64,000 bases of DNA from contig NC_081355.1 of the NCBI RefSeq assembly GCF_030684315.1, positions 15,614,761-15,678,760 on the forward strand. The letters are read 5' to 3'. Both the position numbers and the translations under genes were made by a program. Source of the stretch: Stegostoma tigrinum (Eukaryota). This document shows positions 49,626-62,409 of the stretch, piece by piece. A model generated the notes under the pieces. The model was not told the DNA's origin, did not search any database, and saw only the letters and a program-made list of their open reading frames with translations. The number at the start of each line of letters is the position of its first letter. Positions within the stretch are counted from its first letter, which is position 1.

Positions 49626-50059
49626 TTGGACAAATCAGTTAGTTTAACACACACAAAATGATTTTTAAAGCCAATATTTCAACCACTGAGTACAGTGTAT
49701 CTTGCTTTTGATCATTCATACTCGTCTGAAAAAGAGGAATGGAAATCTTTCTAACTGTATAAGTGAATATATTTGTTTTTTTTCTTTCTTAAGTATATAA
49801 ACATTTCTGCAGAAATACACATTTGATGGTTAAACCATGAATTTTTTAAGTGCCTTTTTATTCGACAGAAACATTACGATTAAAGTGGGGAGAAAATCAT
49901 AAGAGAAAATCAGTTAAACCCCTGTGAAGCAGATAATTTGGTCAACCAGTACTTTAATTCTAATCACATTTAAACAATCCTGTTCATCCATTCAACCTTT
50001 TTGTTTCATCCACCTTTTCAATCTAATGTTGAATATTAAGACCAATGTTTGAAATATGG

Positions 50060-51665
50060 AGTAAGAATAGACCATATAGCCCATTGAAACTGATTTTAGT
50101 ATTTAATATGATCATGGCTGATCTTCTACCTCAGCTCTGTTTTGCTGCCACTCGTACATCCCTTGATGCAGGGACACATTAAAATCTGTGTTATCCTTAA
50201 GTATATTTAGGAATGAAACATTCCCCACCTCTTGGGTTGGAAACTCCGAAGACTTACAACTCTCTGCTCAGCTAAGCCCTAAATGCAGTTTCCTTATTTT
50301 GCAAAGTATGCCCCCATTTTCAAGATTCTCAAGCAAGAAACAACAATCGCTTAGTGTCTATCCAGTAAAGACCCTTCAGAATCTTGTATGGTTCAATGAG
50401 ATTGTCTCTGTCTCTTCTTCCAAGTGCGAAGGAATGTAATCCAGTTTACTCGGTCTCTCATCAGGCAGCCCATATGTACTGAGGCCTAATCTAGTGATTG
50501 TAATTGCTTTCAATGCAGCATTATCATTCTTTACATATGGAGACCAAAACTGCTCATGTATTTCAAATGAAGTCACACCAAGTCCCTGTACAACTGCAGC
50601 AGGATTTTGTTTCTGCTTGTTCTCCAATCATTTTGCAATACAGGCTAACATTCATTTGTATTTCTAATTGCTTGATGTGCCTGCTTTCTATAGTATGAAA
50701 TCCAACACTGTACACAACACTAGGTCTAATTCTAGTTCGATTTAGACAAAACATTGCTACTTGGGTTTTGTATTCAGAGCTTCCTCAAATAAAAGCTAGT
50801 ATGTTTCTAGTTGAATGCAAAATCTGCACTGTTGTCATGGAGTAACTGATTTTCGGGAATGTACATTGGGAGAATTGTTACACTATTCATTAGGAAGTAA
50901 TAGAGACCTGCCAAAGTAATATCGGCATGTCTCATGGCTTATTATCTCCACAAGTGAGCCTCACTGAAATATTTGCGTGAGCCAGTTGTCTCTTAGGGTT
51001 CTATCTGTGTACATGTTTGTATGTGAGTATTATTTTGTACTGATTTATGAAACTGAACAAATTATTAAATTGGTTGGAGCAGAATGCATAAATTATCAAT
51101 TAACTAAGGGGCAAGAATTGGCCATTAAACTATTTGTTTGCTCTGCTGTTTAATAAGAACAACACTGATCTGATTGTACCCTGAAACCCATGTTCCTGCC
51201 TACCCTGAAAGGCTTTCATCCCCTTACTTACCTAAAATCTATTCACCTCTGTCCAACGATTTTAAAAGGTTAAGATATTCAAAGACTCTGCTTAAACCAC
51301 TTTTTCTGGAAGAGGTCCAAAGACATTCAGTCTTCCGTGAGAAACAATTTCGCCTCATCTCTGTTTTAAATTTGTGATTGCTTATTTTTTTAAGCAGTGA
51401 ACTCCAATTCTAGATTTTCCTATGAGGAAATATTTATCAACGTCCAATTTGTGGAAGACCCCTCAGAATTTTGTTTCAATCGTCACTTCTTACTCTTACA
51501 TTTGCTGGGGTTTACAAGTCTAGTCTGTCCAAACTTTCCTCCTAAGACAACCTGCTCATTCAAGATCTTAATCTAGTAAACCTGCTTCTAACACATTTTT
51601 ATGTTCTTCCTGAAATAAGGTGACCAATACTGTGCACAGTTCTCTAGATGTGGTGCTGCCAGTAC
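50060..51665 (-). mobile_element. Two CR1 3' fragments (about 50060-50690 and 51105-51665)
   Basis: ggagaccaaaactgctcatgtatttc and ggtgaccaatactgtgcacagttctctag (antisense EYCVQFWSP) plus CR1 tails. Confidence 0.75.
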
Positions 51666-51801
51666 CCTCATGATCGTTTGCAAATATTTTGATATTTTGT
51701 TCGTACGGCATATTTGTGTAAATTAGGAGTTTTGTTCAGAGAATTAGTTATATTTTACATGATATATTGTGAAATGTACTTTGGGAATTTTTAAGTTTCG
51801 G

Positions 51802-51892
51802 ATCTCTCGCTCTCGCGCTTTCGCCCTCGCGCGTGCGCGCTCTCTACCCTCGCTCGCGCGCACTCTCTGACACGTGCACGCCCTCGTGCGCT
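51802..51892. repeat. CpG-rich degenerate (CT)/(CG) microsatellite
   Basis: ctctcgctctcgcgctttcgccctcgcgcgtgcgcgctctct...cgcgcgcact...cacgtgcacgccctcgtgcgc. Confidence 0.8.
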
Positions 51893-54614
51893 TTTTTGAT
51901 CTCCACCTCTGGATCTTGGTAGCATCCCTTGTGCCTTGAAGGCATATTGCTGTGACAATGAAAAGTTTAATTTTATGCTCAGTTTTTATACTGTATTAAA
52001 ACTGTGTCCTGCTACATGCTCATTAAATTTCTGTAAACTCTCTTCCATCATCTTACAATTAGAATGTTTGTATGATTGACAGTGTAAATTTCTTAACTAG
52101 TTGAAACCCACTGGTATCTGTAGTTATATATCAGTTGATATTGCATTTTACTATAGAAAACTACTCAATGCTTCAGGTTCTGGTCCATGTTTAGCAATAG
52201 GAATGTGTTCCATGACTCGCATCAGTCAGAAAACAATATCAGCGGAACGGTTAAAGCTGCAAAATTTGCTGAGCTTCGCAGGCTGTCCTGAAGTGACCTC
52301 TGCTTCCAGGCTATTAACATTCTCACATGGAGGTAGGAGCTGAAGCCATTGTCAACACTTGAGACTGAAATGATTTATCATGAAGAAACTAGCGTTTCAT
52401 TGTAATAAATTTGGCTGTTCTAGCCTAGTGCACCTAAGCTATATTGAAAAACCTTTGTAGATTTCACTTTTCTTGCTCAGCTAGGGCTAAGCATAAAATC
52501 TACTGTAGTACAATTAGTTATTTAGATGCATATTTGTTATAACTGCATCATTTTGACTTTGATTTAGCATTGCTTTGTGGCTGGATGAATGTTGTTTGCC
52601 ATCATGTCAGTTTGTTAATTACAAGTATATTTTCTTGATACGAGTAGGGTAATGTGAGCTGTGCAAGTGAATTTTAGTTATCTCGCATGTTTTCATGATG
52701 CAGTATTAGATTTACCCATTTTTTACTTTAGCTTACAAGTTAACAAGTCTAGCAACAGATGATCTATTTTTATTGATTGCCAGTAGGTATAATGGAGGCA
52801 TTAGGGTTTGGATTTACCTGTTCATTCAAAAATCTGACTGAGTAGGAACCAGAACTGTGTATTCAAAAGGAGTTTTTGTTCTCAACAAAATATCATTGTT
52901 TTTAATTATATGACAATTTTTGAAATATTCAGGTGAAATATGTTGATGCCTAGATTAATTTATGGGAACCAAATATTTTGGATCAAGTTATCATTATATA
53001 TAATTGAACAACTGCATCCTTAACTATTTGGGCATTTTTCATAATGCGTGGATTGGAGTTGCATTTATTGGAAATAAAATTGTTTCACTAAAGTAAGATT
53101 TTGACCTCAGGAGGCTCCAAAACATTCTACAAGCAATTAAGTGGTTTGAAGTCACAAACGTAAGTTGACACCTAAGGCTAATTCCAGTAGATTCCAGGTT
53201 GACCCACTAGAATATGACAGCCGGTGCTGATACATTCTTCAGGATTGACTAAGAATCTACTGAAATCGGTATCACTGCATTCCGCATTCCTTCCCAGGAT
53301 GCATTCTGAGAGATAGGCAGGTACGTGATTCTTTGCCCACTAGTATCCCTTCAATGAATGGTCACTGCCATGCTGTGACATGCTGTAGCAACAGTGGTGA
53401 AAAGAGCGAGGAGAAAAACACTACTGTTTCTTCGGTCTGTGCTATCTTTTAATGCAGGTAGCTGGTTAGTGCATGTGTGAAGCTGCACTGTCAGTGTTTT
53501 ACTTGTGGTAACATCAGCTGCCAGTCTTCCTTTTAAAGCAGTTGTTGGTATCTCTTCAAGAAAAGAAAATATGATTTCTTCTAATTAAAACATTTCGAAG
53601 AGAACAGGTAGGCGCTGAAAGCCAGCCTGATTGCATCCCTTCCCGGAAAGGAACTTCTCAAGTACTCAATGATCTCTTGAAAATTTTGTTGTTGTACTTT
53701 CCCAATTTCTTCAATGTGCAGTATTTTGTAATATTTATGCATAAGTGCTTGGGTTCTGCATTGAACGTGAAACAAGATCTGCACAGTGCCTTCCAGGCTA
53801 ATTTGCAGCCATGCATGGGATTAGTGTAAGAATAACATTGCAACTGAGAACCCCTAGATGTCAACCAGCTTGTTGATGTTAAAACTGAAACCAGGAGATT
53901 GCAATTGAATGGCTGTTTGGCTTTACTTTAAGATTGTGTCTCCTCCTTGTGATCACAGTTATCTAATATAGGCATTTGACAATTTGGAGCAATTTTCCCA
54001 TAGTTTGAGTTTGTTGAGAAGCTGCTGTTTAGATATGATACTTTTGTATACTTTTTGTTAATTGGCTAATGTGACAGATGACAATGCTTTACTGATCCTG
54101 AAGCAGTTTTGTAGAATGGAGGAACAGAGGCGGTGGTTTTGAAGTGGTAGAGTATTCATTTCTGATGTCATGCAACCTTTTGAAGGTAACCCTCTTGGTT
54201 CAGTTCTTGGGCTGATTTAGGTGGACTCCTGGCCTTTTACTGAGAAGGCGTTGGTTCATTCTCCTGTAATCATTCTGTTTCTCTCTGTCTATGGCTCCAT
54301 AATCCACACCAGCCCCTGTTGCTGCAAAGTGTTGTATCCATAGAATCTGAGGTGCCAGATAAACCTTTTGTTTCTGCTTCTAGAAGTCTAGTTAGTACTG
54401 TAACATTGAGAATGAGGTTTCATGTGACACCAAAATATTATATATGAAACATAAAGAGAATAGTTTTAAAGGGGACCCTGACTTTAAATACCAAACAGAA
54501 AAACTAGCTTCACAGCAGTTTTGGGTGATGTCACTTCTGACAACATCATCTAGAATATGCCCAGCCAGAGTTGGTTATCATAACAGGAATGAATTTCAAC
54601 ACAGCAGTGTGCCT

Positions 54615-55640
54615 TTTGTGGCAATGCAATAAAGTCAAGATAATCTGCTTTATGTTGGTTAAGAATAAATATTGGCCAGGGCACTAAGACAATACACTTC
54701 TTGCATCGTGTTGTGGGATATTTTACAATGACTTTAGAAAGCCAGACTCTGCTGTTACGTGATTTACACATGAAACAACCCATGACTGTGCAGCACTCCT
54801 TCAGTAGTGCATTCAAACGTCAGCTGAAATTATGTGCTCAAGTTTCTACAGTAGTACTGGACTGCTAACCTTTTGACATAAGGGAGAATTCAATTTTGTG
54901 AAGATATGTCATAGGAAGTGAACATGTTGGTTTTGCCAACATTCCTTTTGTGTTAAATATCCTATACCCACTACAATTAAAAATGAGGCGCATCAAGTTG
55001 AGACTGATCGATTGATCATAGTCCATGACATCATAACACTGGATCTGTATTACTGTGTTGTAATTCTCTAGTGCTGACCCAATATCTCCTCTGTTGCTTC
55101 ATAAATTATGGTTTTGGTCAAAATTTTCTTTCTGCAGCTAAACTATTTGAGTAAGCAATCTTATTCAGACTAAACAACATAACTGATGATTTCTGAAAAT
55201 GAAGTGCCACTGAGCGAGTTGGAAAGTTCAAAGTTGAAACCTGTATATGACTAACAGTGCTAGCTTGGTTCATTGATGATACAACTTTTCTCCATGTCAC
55301 TTACTTGTGGGTTTAGCCTCATTCCTGAAATCCAAACCCACAATCTAGCTTGATATTCCCCTGCTAGACTGGCGGTATGCAGTGTGGTCAGTGGAGGTTA
55401 AATTACCTGACCATCTTAAATACCCCAGGCACTATTTCAAGAATAGCAGAGATTTCACCTGGCACCCTGGTCAACAGTCGTCTTTCAAACGGTGTCATCA
55501 GGTTATTGATCTAGTTGTTGTTTGTGGGGCCTTGTAGTATAGAAATTAGCTGCTGCATTTACCAATGTGAAGCAGTGTCTGCACTTAAAAAGTAATGATT
55601 TGCTGTAAAACATTTCAGGATGATTTAAGGGCTTATTGGT
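54615..55640. mobile_element. Two diverged Deu-type SINEs in opposite orientation (about 54615-54890 minus, 55300-55640 plus)
   Basis: aaatattggccagggcac..gtgcagcactccttcagtagtgca and ggcactatttcaagaatagcagag...ctggcaccctggtcaaca. Confidence 0.55.
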
Positions 55641-57955
55641 CTATAGGTGAACAGTCTGAGATGATGAATGGGAACCTGAAGCAGGAGCTGAATTGCATTG
55701 CCATCCTCCTTTGGTACTTTGGAAGCAGAATTGGTAGAGTTTCATGATATCGCTGCCAAAAATATCTCTACTGGACTTGGAGTCACAGTTTTCATCTTGT
55801 AACGTACAGCACATCATGCTCTATGTTTTGACACGTAAACTTAATTTTATCTGTGGGGAATTCTAATTTATGGGGTCTTTGCTTCAAAAGTGGTGAAACT
55901 TTGGTCACTAAATATTATGCTATGACATGTTGCCTGAATTGATAAAGCAATGTTTTATAATATATTTTGAAATTTGAAACCTGTTAATAAGCAATGCTCA
56001 TAAATTTTTCTTGTTACTGTAAGGTAGGTAGCAATTTGTAGAAATCAAACATTCTGTTTGATGATAAAAATACCTGGAATGTAAGACTTTTATTGCAGTG
56101 CTTTTATGATGTAAAAGCTGTTGAGTATTTCTTGTAAATTAGAAAGCAGTTGTAGAATGAAATACTTTGTCAATTTATTCAAATGTTATAAATGTCCAGT
56201 ATTCAGTATTACAGAATCAGCATTTTGGTTGACAAGATGTTGCTAACATAATGCTAGAAGTATTTCTGTCCTGAATACACAGATGTAATTTATTCTAGTG
56301 ATGTTAACCAAAACCTCAGTGTTGTATTACTTGTGCGTTCAACAAGCTCTCCTTTTACACACAGTTAGTCTTTCCAGTAATGTGTGATGTGGAGGAGTTG
56401 CAAGTGTTAGAATCATTCATTCATTTATCATTTGGTTATCGGAGATGGGGGAAGGGGTAGTGGTGTGGGTGGGTGGTAGCAGCAAATGGTGAAAGGCCGT
56501 GACCAGTATGTTTCCCCAGCAAGGGATGGATTTAAACCCCCCTCCACCAGACCTAATGATATAAGCCTAGCACCATTGCTTACAACCCCCACCTTCTCAC
56601 CACCCTATTAAACTGACAGCTCCTAGACTTTGCGTGCAAGTGAGTTCAGCTGGCGCTGTGTGGTCTGGGTGTGTGGTCTCCAGGCTGAGAGGCTGCTAAC
56701 AGGGTGGATGAGAAAGACCTCGTCTGTTTACTTTAATTTTCTTGGACGCAGGAACTCTGCCCAGCATTTCTGGTGTGCTGGTTCCATAAGCAGTGGCCAG
56801 TCCATCACAGCTGCTGAACAGTCTGAAATGCTGGACTTGTGCTAATCACCCTTGCAGCTCGTAGATCAATTTCAACATGTCACGGACAAGCTAATCCAGG
56901 TTGTAAATGAAATTGAGGTGTTATGTTCCAAGCAGGAATTTAATATTTGCCCCACTGTTTCCAGAACTGCAGTATAGTTAATTTAGAACAAAAAAATACA
57001 TTTGGAGGGCATTTCTAAGTTTTCAACATTGGTTTAATAAGATTGTATGTATTGATTTTTGTTTTGTTAAGAGAACATCAGGGTTAATCTCTCAGCATCG
57101 AAAAATTATTTTCCTTTATTTCATTTATGTCTGTGGAAATTAAAAGCAAACATTTTTAAGAAGCCAGGATGAGAAGCTACCAGTTGGCCTGTTTAAAATC
57201 ATTATTTTAATTCAGGTTTCAAAAGTAATTTAGAACTTTAAAATACTTTTCCTTCCCCATGCCAAAATAATTTTTGCATTGATAAGTTTCAAAATTATTT
57301 CTGACAAGCCTGTATAAATGTTCAAAAGCTAAAATCACAAGCTTAACTTTAGTAGTAACTTACTGTGTTGATTTTTCAAAGAAGGAAGTTATGAAGCTTT
57401 GTGGGAATTTGCCATCTTTTAATTTGATGGAAGCATTTTGGTGAAATTGTGGAAACCCCATGTATAGTATAAAGCATGTTCTTTGAAGGGCAAAGGCAAC
57501 TATCTTTTGCTGCATAGCAGTTCAGCATTGATGCAATGGAAGAACACTCAAATACAGCAGGCATTACGGAGGGGCATTTCTCTGTTTCAAAGTGTGTGTA
57601 TCAGTGTTGTCTGTAATGTAGTAAAAGTTCAGATGCTTGAGTAATGCATGTAATTTTCAACTTTGATTAATTTAAAACAGATCATGACATAGCAGTGTTT
57701 TAGTGAAGCTGAATAAAGGCACAACAATCAAAATATTTGTGCATTGTCCCATTGCGTATTTATTAAACCATTTACATTCAGTAAATTGAATTCAGGATTT
57801 ATAATTTTATGTACTTAGTGCTTATCATTTATTCAATTGGTTGAATAATATTTAAAACTTCTTGTACCTCCTCTTTCCCCATATATATATATATATGCAC
57901 ACACATACTCTCTTACAAAATACACTCAACTGTTGTCATAATGTTGTATTTACAG

Positions 57956-57994
57956 ACTGCTGTACCTTGAGAAATATTTAACTGAAGAGTGATC
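57956..57994 (+). other. EXOC2: 5' UTR part of EXOC2 exon 2
   Basis: Acceptor tgttgtatttacag| ends at 57955, 39 nt upstream of the ATG; matches the vertebrate layout with the ATG in exon 2. Confidence 0.75.
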
Positions 57995-58112
57995 ATGTCC
58001 CGAGCACGGCAACCCCCACTGGTAACTGGGATCTCTCCAAATGAGGGGTATCCCTGGACAAAAGTTACAATCAGAGGAGAAAATCTGGGAACAGGATCCG
58101 TGGATCTTACAG
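57995..58112 (+). CDS. EXOC2: EXOC2 (Sec5, exocyst component 2) first coding exon, coding part
   Basis: Translates as [40 protein letters not shown], recognisably the vertebrate EXOC2 N-terminus ([34 protein letters not shown]). 118 coding nt, phase-1 donor ACAG|gtaagt at 58113. Ral-contact residues T11 and R27 are present. Confidence 0.97.
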
Positions 58113-59170
58113 GTAAGTGTCTAATTTTGTTCAAGGGAAGCCATTTTATATAAAAGCATCTAAAATTACCTTTTAATGTAAAGTTGGTGGCATTGAAAAG
58201 TTTATATTCAAGCACATTGTAATGCTTTGTGTATACACCACTTTTTTAATACGCTTTTCTTCAGTCGCCTCCAACACAGCGCACGTGGGTGTATCTTTGC
58301 AGGGATCAAAGCTGGGAATTAACATTCAGGGGCATTTGACCTTTTAGAAGTATAGGAGGGAAGGAAATGTTGGTGGGGTAGCACTGTTAATAAGAAGTGA
58401 AACGAGGACACTTGAGAGACAATTAATGCTTGGATGATGTGGAGTCCGATGGCGTGGGGGTAAAAAGTAGTGGCTGAATGAAGACATTGGTAAGAGTCGT
58501 GTATAGATTCCTAAGCAATAGCCACACTGTAGGAAAAGCTATAAATTTAATAAATGACCTCAGAGTAAAATCTCTCCTCGGAAGAGAGAAGTCAAAATAA
58601 ACATAAGCCGCTTAGAAAATGAAGATAGTTACAGGAACAAGGAAAAGCAGAGGAGTTAAACAGATATTTTGCATAATTGTTTATAGTTGAAGATATTTTG
58701 ACCGTGCCATTAATACGAAAGAGTACTGGGGAGGAATTCAGTATCATTACTAAAGAAGTAATGGCTGTGGTGACCTGCATCCTAGCATGGTGGGGACATT
58801 GGTTGTAGTTTTTCAAAAATCTTTGGATTCTGGAGAAGTACCAGAGGATGAGCAAACTGCCAATGTGACACTTACTCAAAAAGTGAGTTATTGTGTAAGT
58901 CATTTAGCTTAATATCCATTGTTGGAAAAATGTTAGAATTGATTATTCATGGACTAACAACAACACATTTGGGAAGCAATAATCCAGCCAAGCAGTGTCA
59001 TAACTTTGTGAAAGGGATATTGTTTCTGATTAATTTTTTCGAGTTTTTCAATGATGTCTCAACCAGTGTGGATAGAGGGGTAACAACTGATGTGTTGTAT
59101 TTGGAGGTAGTATATTAGCATGGATAAAGAATTAACTCATGCGCAGGAAACTGAGTGAGGGTAAAGGATG

Positions 59171-59770
59171 TATGAATGATGACTTATTGTCACTTATACT
59201 TAAAATGAACAACACAGTAAAATACAGTGGAAAAACTAACTGTTGCCACAATTTGGTGCCTTCCGAATACTTCAGGAATAAAAAGACAACGCTGAAGTCT
59301 GTCTTCGTTCCACCACCTCTACCCATGAATCCTGAGCTCTGAGCTGGTGACCAATGACACCTGGGTTGCCATCTATACTGGACCCACCAACGTCTGAGTT
59401 GCCACCCTTCAGGAGCCATCTCTTCATTGCTGGGCCAACCCACTGATGGGCAACCAATGCCAGATCCTGTGCTGGACCCATCTTTATCCTGTAACCAGAA
59501 GTCCCTGGCTCTGCTGCCACTGCATCTTTTACAATGCCTGGGGTCCCCACTCTGGGTCAACCACAGCCAGGAATCACTGGGTTCACCGCCAGGTGAGGCT
59601 GCTGCCTTGCCAAGAGCCCCCTCTGGCTAATCCCGTCTGCAATGTCGCCCTGTCTGCCACCGAAGATGAGTAAGCAGAAGAAAAGAAAAAAGAAGAAGAA
59701 AGGGTAAGGAAAGAAAGGAGGAAGCGACGTCTGTGGCGGAGTGGCATTTTGCCAGTGTCACCTTCTTGGA
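59171..59770 (-). mobile_element. Non-autonomous retroelement (LINE-type tail) nested in CR1
   Basis: GC-rich body; reverse complement ends gtgacaataagtcatcattcat and begins ccaagaaggtg. Family not identified. Confidence 0.5.
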
Positions 59771-60224
59771 TAAGGTCTTTGTTAGGTTGGGGACCTTTTT
59801 AACAAGTGTGGTTCTACAGGGATCAATGCTGGGACTGCAATGAAATTGTTTACAATAACATATTAGTAACTTGAAAGTGAATGTTTTGTAGCCAAATTTG
59901 CAGATTGTGCAAAATAGGTAGACAGGCAAGTTTTGAGAGATGCTGGAGAAAGCTGCAGCTCAAAGGGACTTGTGCGTGAAATACAGACAGCTAGCATTAA
60001 TTAGGAAGGCTAATGGGATGTACTCCTTTACCGTTAAGGAGATTGGAGTATAAGGGTAGGGAAGTCGTTTGCAACTGTGCAGGCTACTGGTGAGACCACC
60101 TCTGCAGTACTGAGTAGTTTTGATCCCCTTTCAAAAGGAGAGATATTATTTCAGAGCTCAGTGAAGTTTCAATGGGATCATTCCTCATATGGAGGGATTG
60201 TCTTGGGAGCAAAGGTTGAACATG

Positions 60225-60315
60225 CAGTCCTGAAGAGAGGGTAATACCCTAAAAATTGACGGCTCATTTTCTCCAGATGCTGCTGGGCTAGTTGTGTTCT
60301 TCCAGCCTTCTGGCC
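60225..60315 (+). mobile_element. PLE terminal-repeat fragment with mutated hammerhead
   Basis: CTGAAGA-ga-GGGTAATACCC-taaa (GAAA box mutated) then ctccagatgctgctgggctagttgtgttcttccagcc. Confidence 0.65.
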
Positions 60316-60474
60316 TAATTAAACGTGTTGGGCCTATAGAATGAGAGATGATTTAATTGAAATGTAAGACTTTTAAGGGGCTTGACAAGGTTAAAGCTGT
60401 GAAGATGATTCACCCCACAGGGTGTCTAGGACCAGAGGGTATAGCCTCAGAATAATGGGGTGCTGGTTTAAGAC

Positions 60475-61192
60475 CATAAGACATAGGAGTGGAAGTAAGG
60501 CCATTCGGTCCATCAAGTCCACTCTGCCATTTAAATCATGGCTGATGGGCATTTCAACTCCACTTCCCTGCGATCTCCCTGTAGCCCTTGATTCCTTCTG
60601 AGATCAAGAATTTGTCGATCTCTGCCTTGAAGGCATCCAACGTCCCGGACCCCACTGCACTCCGTGGCAATGAATTCCACAAGCCCACCACTGTCTGGCT
60701 GAAAAAATGTCGTCTCAGTTCAGTTTTAAATTTACCCCCTCTAATTTTAAGGCTGTGCCCACGGGTCCTAGTCTCCCTGCCTAACGGAAACAACTTCCTA
60801 GCGTCTACCCCTTCTAAACCATACTTTATCTTGTAAGTTTCTATTAGATCTCCCCTCAACCTTCTAAACTCTAATGAGTACAATTCCAATATCCTTAGCC
60901 ATTCATCATACGTTAAACCTACCATTCCAAGGAGCGTCCGTGTGAATCTCCGCTGGACACGCTCCAGGGCTAGCATGTCCTTCCTGAGGTGTGGGGCCCA
61001 AAATTGGACACAGTATTCTAAATGTGGCCTAACTAGAGCTTTATCAAGCCTCAGAAGCACATCACTGCTTTTATATTCCAACCCTGTTGAGATAAATGAC
61101 AACATTACATTCGCTTTCTTAATTACGGACTCTACCTGCAAGTTAACCTTTAGAGAATCCTGGACCAACACTCCCAGATCCCTTTGTACTTC
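60475..61192 (-). mobile_element. Young 5'-truncated CR1 LINE with open ORF2 C-terminus
   Basis: EVQRDLGVLV...ALVRPHLEYCVQFWAPHLRKDMLALERVQRRFTR...RLRGDLIETYKI...FFSQTVVGLWNSLP without stops; TAAGAC duplicated at 60469-60474 and 61193-61198. Confidence 0.93.
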
Positions 61193-62409
61193 TAAGACAG
61201 TAATGAAGTGAAATCTCTTCACTGAGCATTGTGAAACTTTTGAATTCCTTTCCACAGAGAACAGTGGGGCAGAACCCTTGTGAATATTTAACACCAAAAT
61301 GGAGAGATCTTTGGTTAGAAGGGGGAATTGAGGGTTAAGGGAAAAATGCAGGAAAGGTGATCTGAGGAAAATTGGATCAGCCACAAACCTACTGCATAGC
61401 AGAGCAAGCTTGAGGGGCCGAGCAGCCTACTCCTGTTCCTATTTTTTTTTGGTAGTCTTATGATCTCTACTCTCTTTTTCCTTCTTTTAAGGCACTCATT
61501 AATACCTATCTCTTTGTTCAAACCATTGGTTATCAAGTCACGTATTTATCTGTATGTGGCCTGAAATTCTTTACCATGAATGCGTTTATCAATTTTAAAG
61601 AATGCAGTATCCATCTGCTGATTTGACATTGCTCGCCTATTCACCGATGTGCTCCTCAAGGAAGTCATAGACACCCACACCACAGCACTACATCATGACA
61701 ATACTCATCACCATTGTGTAAATCTGTATTCATTGAGTTTATGAATTCAACAAGCTGGCACAGTCACCTAGTTTTCATGACACTATGCCTAAATCGTGTT
61801 GCCCGGGATTATTGCTATGCCTAGAACTCTCGGCATCCATGAGAAATATGCCTTTGATGGATTGAGGTTTTATTTCCTACCCCTTCCATGTTTCCAATAT
61901 TTCTGACAAATTTTCTATATTTGAATCTGCAGCTGCATGTAAGGATTTCCTTTTATGGGCCTGAATGAGCTCCATCCTGTGCTCCAATCCGTGTTTGCAA
62001 TGGAATAGATATAGCTTTTTCTCTCTGTAGCCAAATTGAGAAAGTGTCTAGGCATTCTCTATTACTGTCTGTCACTAACACAAATCAAACTTTGCTGGTC
62101 AGTATACATAGCCATACAGCATAGAAACAGACCCTTTGGTCCAATCAGCCCACACGAACTGTTTTCCCAAACTAAACTAGTCCTATCTGCTTGCACTTGG
62201 CTCATATCCCGCCAATGTTTTCTATTCATGGATCAATCCAAATGTCTTTTTAAACATAATTGCATCCACCACTTTGATAGTTCATCTGATACACAAGCCA
62301 CTTTCTTTTTTTAAAAATACGGTTGCTGCTCAGTCCTATTTAAATGTTTCTCTTCTCATCTGTTTTTAAAAAAAAGCCCCCAAGTTTTTAAACCCCCCCA
62401 CACCCCATG

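Larger units (their letters stand above)
58275..61465 (+). mobile_element. Old CR1 LINE in EXOC2 intron 2 hosting three nested insertions
   Basis: CR1 EN/RT debris (SLISIVGKMLELII; FFEFFNDVSTSVDRGVTTDVLYL) continues across the inserts to a 3' tail at about 61465. Confidence 0.8.

Noticed and set aside
53277-53330. Tandem GCATTCC (TEAD) sites and a TACGTG hypoxia-type motif
   Set aside because: Spacing is not the canonical double-MCAT and such short motifs are expected by chance; no independent support.
7490-57955. Nested HUS1B-like retrogene as in human EXOC2 intron 1
   Set aside because: No HUS1-like ORF seen; that retrocopy is thought to be mammalian.
60554-61384. 276-aa ORF as a host or novel gene
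   Set aside because: Chimera of antisense old-CR1 sequence fused by chance to the young CR1 ORF2 C-terminus at the insertion junction.
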